A stretch of DNA of 64,000 bases, taken from the NCBI GenBank assembly GCA_012439925.1, contig GCA_012439925.1_4519.1, one strand, 5' to 3'. Each line of letters starts with the position of its first letter. The first letter of the stretch is position 1. The notes beneath the pieces are model-generated. The model worked only from the letters and a program-made list of their open reading frames with translations. It did no database searches and was not told where the DNA came from. Made by a program: the position numbers and the translations under genes. This stretch comes from a phage. Positions 1 to 7,103 of the stretch are shown one piece after another.

Positions 1-2
1 AG

Positions 3-347
3 ATGTGGTGCCGTGGTATGAGCTTTGACTTCCCGATCTTGGTCGATTTGATTCGTGACCTCTATCGTGATGAAGGTGTTCTTGAACCAGATATTGATAC
101 TGATAAATTAGAACCGGTTAAATTCTGGGCTCAACGCGATATTCGTACGGCAATCGAAGCTTACTCGTTGACACGAGGATTAAGTATGTGTCCATTACCG
201 ATGGGTACGCTGAAAGGATTCGTTGCCCATGATAGTATTCACGATTGTGCTAAAGATATTTTGATGTTAAAATATGCTCAGCGTTATGCGCTTGGCCTTG
301 AAGATGTCCCTGAGAATCCTGACCCGATAAGTGTAAAACAGCGATAA
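3..347 (+). CDS. C-terminal part of a DEDDh-type exonuclease-like protein (dexA-like), partial at window edge
   Basis: ORF open to the window edge; AHDSIHD fits the H-x4-D exo III motif of DnaQ-family exonucleases; position upstream of the gene 39 region as for T4 dexA. Confidence 0.3.
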   Translation: MWCRGMSFDFPILVDLIRDLYRDEGVLEPDIDTDKLEPVKFWAQRDIRTAIEAYSLTRGLSMCPLPMGTLKGFVAHDSIHDCAKDILMLKYAQRYALGLEDVPENPDPISVKQR

Positions 348-352
348 AATCA

Positions 353-382
353 GTTTACAACCAAGGATGGTTGGAGTATAAT
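353..382 (+). promoter_or_regulatory. T4-type early promoter
   Basis: GTTTAC at 353-358, 18-bp spacer, TATAAT at 377-382; about 30 bp upstream of ORF 414. Confidence 0.55.
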
Positions 383-413
383 CTTTCTATCTTAACCAAA
401 CAGGAAAAACATT

Positions 414-908
414 ATGAATATCAATACTACGGCTACTTACATCCTGAAAGACGAAAAACAAATCAACTGGTACAGTGCTTCAGTGCGAGCTTACGAAAAG
501 TTTTGTGAAATTTTAGGTGCCACTCAAGGCAATAGTTTCACTATTGTTAACTTCATCAAACAAGCTGAAGGCCCTTGGTTATTCTTAGAAATTAAAAATT
601 CATATGGTACAATTTCTACTACCGCCCTTCCAAGCACAGACTTTGAACTGTTGATTGAAGAAGTAGAACCCGTTAAAGACATCTGTATTGATATGGATAT
701 CGCTTGTATGTACGGTACTCTGATTAAGCCTATTGAGCCTACTGATTTGTTGTGTAAATATGTTTCAATTCGACGTCCGTTCGCAGGTCCAGTAAATGGA
801 TGGGTAACTGACCAGTGGATTGAAGACGGTGTTGAACTTCTGAACGTTGTTCATGCAGGTGATTTTAGTGTAGTTCCACGTAGTGCTGTGGTTAATATCC
901 TTAATTAA
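414..908 (+). CDS. hypothetical protein, member A of a tandem paralogue family
   Basis: 164-aa ORF with RBS; C-terminal module WxxDQWIEDGxxLxNVVxxGDFxVV shared with the next two ORFs. Confidence 0.6.
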   Translation: MNINTTATYILKDEKQINWYSASVRAYEKFCEILGATQGNSFTIVNFIKQAEGPWLFLEIKNSYGTISTTALPSTDFELLIEEVEPVKDICIDMDIACMYGTLIKPIEPTDLLCKYVSIRRPFAGPVNGWVTDQWIEDGVELLNVVHAGDFSVVPRSAVVNILN

Positions 909-970
909 TGTTGTATATCCAAGGATGGATGGAGTATAATGAATTCAATTTAAACAAAGAGAGAGAAATT

Positions 971-1456
971 ATGAATCTTGGTATTATTGGTGAAATCGTT
1001 CGCGTATCTAACAAATCTCGTTCTAAAGCCGCAGGAAAATTGGTCGAAGTTGTAAGTATTCAACTTAAAGAAGGCGTTAAAGATGAAGATTCTGAGGTAA
1101 AAGTTCGTATTATTCCTAGTTTTGGGACACAGGAAACCAAATTTGCTTATGTTCGTGCAAAGTTCTTGGAAACGCCTGTGAGTAGTGCTTTTGCTTCAAG
1201 AGAAAAAGTTGAATCCACAGAGCATAATGTACAGTTCAAATGGGCCCTTTGCAAAGGCGTTGAATTCCAGACTGATAAAGAATTTGACTTCATCGATGAA
1301 TACGGTTATCCAAGCAAAACTGATACTATGTGTGGCTTCATTAGTGACCAATGGGTTGAAGATGGTGAAAAGTTATACAATATCGTATTCTTAGGTGACT
1401 TCAGAGTTGTTAAAGAATCCGAAATCACTCGTTATGTGTCTCCTCGTAAAGCTTAA
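971..1456 (+). CDS. hypothetical protein, paralogue B
   Basis: Start trimmed to MNLGIIGEI (RBS AAGAGAGAGA); shares SRSKxAGKLVEV, FKWxLC and GFISDxWVEDGxKLYNIVF motifs with ORF 1466-1885. Confidence 0.6.
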   Translation: MNLGIIGEIVRVSNKSRSKAAGKLVEVVSIQLKEGVKDEDSEVKVRIIPSFGTQETKFAYVRAKFLETPVSSAFASREKVESTEHNVQFKWALCKGVEFQTDKEFDFIDEYGYPSKTDTMCGFISDQWVEDGEKLYNIVFLGDFRVVKESEITRYVSPRKA

Positions 1457-1465
1457 GGAATTATT

Positions 1466-1885
1466 ATGAATATTGCAAATCTCTCTATTGGTGATTATGT
1501 ACACGTATCAGATGCTTCTCGCTCTAAAGTTGCTGGTAAGTTGGTTGAAGTTCTTTATGTAAGTGATCCGGTTTTTGGTCGCAATGAAGTTAAAGTTCGT
1601 GATGCTGATGGCAACATTGGTTATGTTAAAAGCCAATTCATTGAACCGGAAGAAAAATCGTTCAAATGGGGACTATGCAGATCAGTTTCTGTTGAAAAAG
1701 ACCATGAATTCACTATTGCTGCGGCAACTGATGGAACACCATGGAAAACTAAGCAAATCGCTGGATTTATTAGCGACCGTTGGGTAGAAGATGGTGTTAA
1801 GCTTTATAACATCGTTTTCGCTGGACAGTTCATGGTAGTTCCTGAATTCCAAATTAAAAAATATAGCCCGGCTGCTTTCGCATAA
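1466..1885 (+). CDS. hypothetical protein, paralogue C
   Basis: 139-aa ORF, RBS AAGGA; clear paralogue of 971-1456. Confidence 0.6.
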   Translation: MNIANLSIGDYVHVSDASRSKVAGKLVEVLYVSDPVFGRNEVKVRDADGNIGYVKSQFIEPEEKSFKWGLCRSVSVEKDHEFTIAAATDGTPWKTKQIAGFISDRWVEDGVKLYNIVFAGQFMVVPEFQIKKYSPAAFA

Positions 1886-1889
1886 AGTT

Positions 1890-1918
1890 GTTTACTTCTC
1901 CTCTGGTTTTGATATTAT
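1890..1918 (+). promoter_or_regulatory. T4-type early promoter with embedded inverted repeat
   Basis: GTTTAC 1890-1895, TATTAT 1913-1918; inverted repeat TCCTCTGGTT / AACCAGAGGA flanks the -10 and overlaps the RBS. Confidence 0.5.
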
Positions 1919-1944
1919 AACCATATCAACCAGAGGAGAATAAT

Positions 1945-2469
1945 ATGTTAGTTTACCGCGTAGAACGTAGTTTTTGTACTCAACGTGAATCATTACCAGG
2001 AATTGCCATCGAAGACGGTAAAGCCGTCAGAATTTGGGAAACCTCTTGGAATAAAGAACCTCGCTCACCTTACGGTTGGTCTGGCACTGACAACTCTGAA
2101 GAAACATGGGAGTTCCTTGATAAACATGGAATACTCTCAGGTAACTTCTACCATCACGGCGACAACTATAATGTCCCTAATCGTCCTACAGTAAATGAAG
2201 ACAAACTCCTTGAACAAAATATCTTAAGATACCATAGAATTGAGCACACATTTGAATTGAACAAAGATTGGGCTCAAGAGTTCTATTTTGGATTTGAAAG
2301 TGTTGACGCGGTTTATGCATGGTTTGATGACCAGGTGGATGTTGAACTCTTGAAAGCTAAAGGATACTACATCGCGGTCTATGAAGCACCTGATTTCATA
2401 CTCGGAAGTTGTCAATTAATGTTTAGACGTTCATTGGCAGAACAAGTTGATTTTATTTTGCTAAAATGA
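1945..2469 (+). CDS. hypothetical protein
   Basis: 174-aa ORF with strong RBS GAGGAG; no recognisable motif. Confidence 0.55.
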   Translation: MLVYRVERSFCTQRESLPGIAIEDGKAVRIWETSWNKEPRSPYGWSGTDNSEETWEFLDKHGILSGNFYHHGDNYNVPNRPTVNEDKLLEQNILRYHRIEHTFELNKDWAQEFYFGFESVDAVYAWFDDQVDVELLKAKGYYIAVYEAPDFILGSCQLMFRRSLAEQVDFILLK

Positions 2470-2526
2470 TGTACAACAACTATGGTCTATGATACTATAG
2501 ACCTATCAAAACAAGAGGAGAATATT

Positions 2527-2754
2527 ATGAAACGTCAAATCATTAAAAACGTAACTACTGATTCAAACATCGATGAGTTTGAAGATGTTCTGTTTAATCC
2601 TGATTTAGTTGTTGTACAGAAAAACTGGACCGAATTTTTATGCTACACCGAAGTGGTTTACGTTTACGAAAAACTTGGCGATGAAATGCCTATCTACGGT
2701 ATCTTCCGTGAAATCACTGAAAACGGTACAACTTATTGGAAGGAAACTTACTAA
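2527..2754 (+). CDS. hypothetical small protein
   Basis: Start trimmed to MKRQIIKN (RBS AAGAGGAG); the ORF-track start at 2482 lies inside a promoter-like hairpin. Confidence 0.5.
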   Translation: MKRQIIKNVTTDSNIDEFEDVLFNPDLVVVQKNWTEFLCYTEVVYVYEKLGDEMPIYGIFREITENGTTYWKETY

Positions 2755-3164
2755 TGGCTAATAAATTCCGCGTTAACTCATGGTACCAATTTAAAGATAA
2801 ACGTGCCCAAGAAGAGTTTATTAAGGACCACACCGATAATGGGATTTATGCACGACGTCTTGGCATGGAACCATTTAAAGTATTAGATGTTGACCATCTT
2901 GGTCGTCCTACTAAAATTGTGACATCTACTGGCATGGTTGGATACGCAACAGGCGGTGATATTCTTGATGAAAACTTTATCTGGCTCTCCACGAATGAAG
3001 CAGAGTTCTTTGACGAAGTTGGAAATCCATATCAAGCGTCTGAAGAGCAAGACTCTGGAGAACTTGATGAATTGTCTGAATTTCCGGTGATGACGATTAC
3101 TATCAAAAATAACGACCAGGCATGGTCGTTGTATCAAATGTTGAAAGCACATTTTAAGGAATAA
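2754..3164 (+). CDS. hypothetical protein
   Basis: Start at MANKFRV with GGAAGGA RBS, overlapping the previous stop (TAATG). Confidence 0.5.
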   Translation: MANKFRVNSWYQFKDKRAQEEFIKDHTDNGIYARRLGMEPFKVLDVDHLGRPTKIVTSTGMVGYATGGDILDENFIWLSTNEAEFFDEVGNPYQASEEQDSGELDELSEFPVMTITIKNNDQAWSLYQMLKAHFKE

Positions 3165-3166
3165 TA

Positions 3167-3346
3167 ATGCCGTTATACGACTATAAATGCCAATCTGAAG
3201 ATTGTGGTCATGAATATGAAAAAATTAAAAGGATTTCTGAACGAGAAAACGATGTTTGCCCTGAATGTCATTGTCTGTCTACTCGTCGGGTTTCTGCTCC
3301 TAAACATGTGAACGGTGGTTTTTACGACTTACTTAAAAAGGGTTAA
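3167..3346 (+). CDS. FmdB-like zinc-ribbon small protein (59 aa)
   Basis: Not in ORF track (<60 aa); MPLYDYKCxxxxCGH ... CPECH two-CxxC pattern typical of FmdB-type zinc ribbons; tightly packed between flanking ORFs. Confidence 0.5.
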   Translation: MPLYDYKCQSEDCGHEYEKIKRISERENDVCPECHCLSTRRVSAPKHVNGGFYDLLKKG

Positions 3347-3348
3347 TT

Positions 3349-3774
3349 ATGGCTTTTAAAGGTTTTGAAGTTGGTAAGAAATATCATATTATCAAAGGTC
3401 AAGAAGATAATTTCTTGAGAATTCTTAATACGACTGGTAAACGTCTTAATACTAATCTGCATACTACTTTATTGTCCAAAGATTTTATTGTGGAAGAGAT
3501 GATTGGTTACGGTGTTTCGGTTATTGCTGTAGAAGCCGTAGGCGATTATGGCCGAACTATTCATAGTATGCAAGGTGATATTCTGCTTTATGGTGCAGAA
3601 TTTAAATTCTTTGAAGAAGTTCAGGAACCAGATACAGCTGTCGATTTCAAAAAAGGCTCTATAGAATTTGTTGATGGTTCGGTGATCGTATCAGGCGATG
3701 TGGTCATTACAGTTAAAAGTGAACAAGGGCGTTTGGCTGCAATTGATGCACTTCAGAAAATTAAATTTAAATAA
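3349..3774 (+). CDS. hypothetical protein (occupies the goF-like position upstream of gene 39)
   Basis: 141-aa ORF; assignment is by position and size only. Confidence 0.45.
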   Translation: MAFKGFEVGKKYHIIKGQEDNFLRILNTTGKRLNTNLHTTLLSKDFIVEEMIGYGVSVIAVEAVGDYGRTIHSMQGDILLYGAEFKFFEEVQEPDTAVDFKKGSIEFVDGSVIVSGDVVITVKSEQGRLAAIDALQKIKFK

Positions 3775-3795
3775 GGGCTTCGGCCCTTTTTGCTT
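3775..3795 (+). terminator. intrinsic terminator
   Basis: GGGCttcgGCCC hairpin followed by TTTTT. Confidence 0.65.
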
Positions 3796-3837
3796 TAGAT
3801 TTCGGATGATAGAATACCTTCATAACGAGGAGACAAC

Positions 3838-5655
3838 ATGATTAAAAATGAAATTAAGGTATTGTCAGATGTAGAACATATTAAGAAACGTAGTGGTATG
3901 TATATTGGTTCTTCTGCTAAAGAAGCCCACGAGCGTTTTTTGTTTGGTAAATATCAACAAGTTGAATATGTTCCTGGTCTGGTTAAATTAATCGATGAGA
4001 TTATTGACAACTCGGTTGATGAAGCTATTCGTACATCATTTAAGTTTGCAAATAAAATTGATGTGCAAATTAAAAATAATCAAGTTTCGGTGGAAGATAA
4101 CGGACGTGGTATTCCTCAAGGTTTAGTTACCGACCAAACAGGTGAACAAATTCCTGGGCCTGTAGCAGCCTGGACTATTCCAAAGGCCGGTGGTAACTTT
4201 GGCGATGACTCTGAACGCAAGACTGGTGGTATGAACGGCGTCGGGAGTAGTTTAACTAATATCTTCTCCACGTTGTTTACAGGCATCACGTCAGATGGTG
4301 AAAATGAAATCACTGTTAACTGTTCAAACGGAATGGAAAACAAATCATGGTCTTCTAAGAAATCTAAAGGTAAAGGCACTAAAGTAATCTTCACTCCTGA
4401 TTTCACTTCATTTGAAGAGCATAATTTATCTCAAATTTATTTAGATATTACTTTAGACCGACTTCAAACATTGGCAGTCGTTTATCCTGATATCAAGTTC
4501 ACATTTAATGGTAAAAAGGTTGATGGTAATTTTAAACGATTTGCTAAACAATTTGGTGAAGATAACATCATTCAAGAAAATGATAAAGTCTCTATAGCAT
4601 TCACAACATCACCAGATGGCTTCCGTCATTTAACTTATGTGAATAACATCCATACTAAAAATGGTGGTCATCATGTTGAATGTGTAATGGATGATATCTG
4701 CGAACATCTTTTGCCCGGTATTAAAAAGAAATATAAGGGTATTGAAGTCACTAAAGCTCGTGTTAAAGAATGTCTCACAATGTTGATGTTTATTAGAGAC
4801 ATGAGCAACATGCGTTTTGATTCTCAGACTAAAGAACGTTTAACGTCAACGTATGGTGATATTCGTAATCATATCCAATTAGATGCTAAGAAAATTGCTC
4901 AGGCGCTTCTTAAAAACGAAGCCTTGATTATGCCTATTGTTGAAGCAGCATTAGCTCGTAAATTGGCGGCAGAAAAGGCTGCAGAAACTAAAGCAGCTAA
5001 AAAGGCAACTAAAGCTAAGGTTCATAAGCATATTAAAGCTAACCAATGTGGTAAAGATGCAGATACGACATTGTTCTTAACAGAAGGTGATTCGGCAATT
5101 GGATATCTCATTGATGTTCGTGACCGTGAACTACACGGTGGATTCCCATTACGTGGTAAGGTGATGAATAGCTGGGGTATGTCATATGCTGATATGATGA
5201 AGAACAAAGAGCTCTTTGATATCTGTGCTATCACAGGTCTTATTCTTGGTGAAAAGGCAGAGAATACGAACTATCGTAATATTGCAATTATGACTGATGC
5301 CGATCATGACGGCCTTGGAAGTATTTATCCTGCTTTGCTTGCTTTCTTTAGTAATTGGCCTGAATTGTTTGAACAAGGACGTATTCGCTTTGTTAAAACA
5401 CCTGTAATTATTGCACAAATTGGCAAAACTCAAAAATGGTTTTATACTGTAGCTGAGTATGAAGAAGTTAAAGATACGCTGCCTAAGCATAGTATTCGAT
5501 ACATCAAGGGATTAGGCTCCCTTGAAAAGTCAGAGTATCGTGAAATGATTCAGAACCCTGTGTACGACGTAGTTAAACTTCCTGAAAATTGGAAAGAACT
5601 CTTTGAAATGTTGTTGGGTGATGATTCAGAACTTCGTAAAGAATGGATGTCCTAA
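3838..5655 (+). CDS. 39: DNA topoisomerase II large subunit (GyrB-like ATPase plus Toprim), single fused ORF
   Basis: 605 aa; GHKL ATPase motifs (DNSVDEAI, VEDNGRGIP) and Toprim (TEGDSA, MTDADHDG); T4 gp39 plus gp60 equivalent in one ORF. Confidence 0.9.
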   Translation: MIKNEIKVLSDVEHIKKRSGMYIGSSAKEAHERFLFGKYQQVEYVPGLVKLIDEIIDNSVDEAIRTSFKFANKIDVQIKNNQVSVEDNGRGIPQGLVTDQTGEQIPGPVAAWTIPKAGGNFGDDSERKTGGMNGVGSSLTNIFSTLFTGITSDGENEITVNCSNGMENKSWSSKKSKGKGTKVIFTPDFTSFEEHNLSQIYLDITLDRLQTLAVVYPDIKFTFNGKKVDGNFKRFAKQFGEDNIIQENDKVSIAFTTSPDGFRHLTYVNNIHTKNGGHHVECVMDDICEHLLPGIKKKYKGIEVTKARVKECLTMLMFIRDMSNMRFDSQTKERLTSTYGDIRNHIQLDAKKIAQALLKNEALIMPIVEAALARKLAAEKAAETKAAKKATKAKVHKHIKANQCGKDADTTLFLTEGDSAIGYLIDVRDRELHGGFPLRGKVMNSWGMSYADMMKNKELFDICAITGLILGEKAENTNYRNIAIMTDADHDGLGSIYPALLAFFSNWPELFEQGRIRFVKTPVIIAQIGKTQKWFYTVAEYEEVKDTLPKHSIRYIKGLGSLEKSEYREMIQNPVYDVVKLPENWKELFEMLLGDDSELRKEWMS

Positions 5656-5683
5656 GCTCCTTAGGGAGCTTCATTTTAATTTT
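5654..5683 (+). terminator. stem-loop / weak terminator after gene 39
   Basis: AAGCTCC-ttag-GGAGCTT hairpin followed by T-rich tract. Confidence 0.4.
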
Positions 5684-5697
5684 AATAAGGCTTAATT

Positions 5698-6798
5698 ATG
5701 AAAGTTATGTTTATCCCATCTCGCGCAGTCCCATTTAACCCAGAACGTGTACAAGGTGGTCTTGAAGCAGTACATTTAAATGTGTTGAAATATCTTGTGT
5801 CCATCGGTGCTGATATTGATTATATCGGCTTTGATAATGACACATTTGGTGATTGGAAGGTTAATCATCATCCTGTTGGTCATCTGACTAAATTCAGTCT
5901 AGGTATGAGTTATACTATGGCTCGTAAGATTGTTGAACTAGCCGGCATTAATGAGTACGATTTCGTTGTTACAATGGAACCGACCAAACTAACCGTTCAG
6001 GCAATTAAAGACGCAGGTCTTTCTAAAGTTCATAAGAATTTTATGGCAACACCATTTGAACCAGTATCTCGTGGCATTGTTCAAATTTGGGACCAGACTA
6101 TTCAAATTCATAAGAACGGTGGTAAGAGTTATGCTCCTACTAAAGCCTTCCGTGAATTTGAACGTAAATATTGTTATATGACTTCAGGTCTGACTGACAA
6201 AATTGATTATGATTATTGGCGAGCAAATCCGTTGTTTGAAGCCGAAGATTATCCGGTTATTTGTTTGAATGAGAAACCTGAAGTTCTTCCGGCGACTGAT
6301 CTGATTATTAGTGCACAACGTTATGACACTAAAATGCGTCGTACTGATGTTGCTCTTGAAGCGATTAAAGCACTAGGCGAAAATGGTATTGGTTATTGTC
6401 CTAGTAAATGGGCACCACCGGCTAAGTATCCTGTTATTATTGATGCTCCACACGGTGAAATCATGGAACGTCTTAAAACAGCTAAAGCACTTATCAATAC
6501 GTGTCCTGACACGGGTACGGTAGAGAATAGTTCTATTGAAGCCATCTCTAAAGGTGTCCCTGTAATTCAGTTAGTTTTTAAGGATTATCCTCATGCGACA
6601 TTCGAATACGACCCAGATACTGTGCGTGTAGAAATTGATTCCTCTACTCCTAAGAAAGAAGTAGTTGCGCTTTACACAAAAGCTGTATTAGAATTCACTG
6701 ACACATACGAAGCTCGAGTTAAACGTGCTGAAGCAGTATGGAAGAAGTATAACCGAGATGCAGTTGTTGCGATGTGGGATAAAATCTTCACAGCGTAA
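5698..6798 (+). CDS. putative GT-B fold glycosyltransferase (candidate DNA hydroxymethylcytosine sugar transferase)
   Basis: 366 aa; N-terminal Rossmann-like MKVMFIP...GGLEAVHLNVLKYL and C-terminal E-x7-E-like ENSSIEAISKGVPVI resemble GT4-type glycosyltransferases; located between gene 39 and rIIA, where T4 has no glycosyltransferase. Confidence 0.5.
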   Translation: MKVMFIPSRAVPFNPERVQGGLEAVHLNVLKYLVSIGADIDYIGFDNDTFGDWKVNHHPVGHLTKFSLGMSYTMARKIVELAGINEYDFVVTMEPTKLTVQAIKDAGLSKVHKNFMATPFEPVSRGIVQIWDQTIQIHKNGGKSYAPTKAFREFERKYCYMTSGLTDKIDYDYWRANPLFEAEDYPVICLNEKPEVLPATDLIISAQRYDTKMRRTDVALEAIKALGENGIGYCPSKWAPPAKYPVIIDAPHGEIMERLKTAKALINTCPDTGTVENSSIEAISKGVPVIQLVFKDYPHATFEYDPDTVRVEIDSSTPKKEVVALYTKAVLEFTDTYEARVKRAEAVWKKYNRDAVVAMWDKIFTA

Positions 6799-6890
6799 AT
6801 CCTGAATAGCCTGAGGCACTATTACACATAAGATGATAGATTATATGGTCTTTAGTAATAGTGCCCTAGGAATCTACTGAAGAGAATATT

Positions 6891-7091
6891 ATGAGAACAT
6901 ATAACGTGGACTTGGAACTTTTTGATAAAGCAGTGCTCCGGGAATTCCGGCTTATCCAAAGATTTTTTGATATCGAGTCAGCAGAGTCCTTTAAAGAACG
7001 CTTTAAAGAAATTCGATATAAAATACAAACCGATACAGCTACTAAAGAAGAACTTCTTGAAGTAGCAGAAATTTTTAAACGTAACTTGTGA
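6891..7091 (+). CDS. hypothetical small protein (rIIA.1-like position)
   Basis: 66-aa ORF with RBS GAAGAGAA; the overlapping minus-strand ORF 6866-7165 is judged spurious. Confidence 0.45.
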   Translation: MRTYNVDLELFDKAVLREFRLIQRFFDIESAESFKERFKEIRYKIQTDTATKEELLEVAEIFKRNL

Positions 7092-7103
7092 TGAGAGAAA
7101 AAT

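Noticed and set aside
2482-2526. N-terminal extensions given by the ORF track (for example 2482, 38784, 46789, 53246, 60967, 10463, 908)
   Set aside because: The extended starts fall inside promoter or terminator hairpins or overlap the upstream gene and lack an RBS; downstream Met codons with good Shine-Dalgarno sequences and matches to T4 N-termini were chosen instead.
4116-5490. Minus-strand ORFs (4116-4406, 5022-5234, 5182-5490) inside gene 39
   Set aside because: They lie antisense within a well-supported conserved gene, have no RBS and low-complexity translations; typical spurious antisense ORFs in AT-rich DNA. The same reasoning applies to antisense ORFs inside rIIA, gene 52, genes 37 and 34, nrdA, nrdB, rnlA, alt, gene 29 and uvsW.
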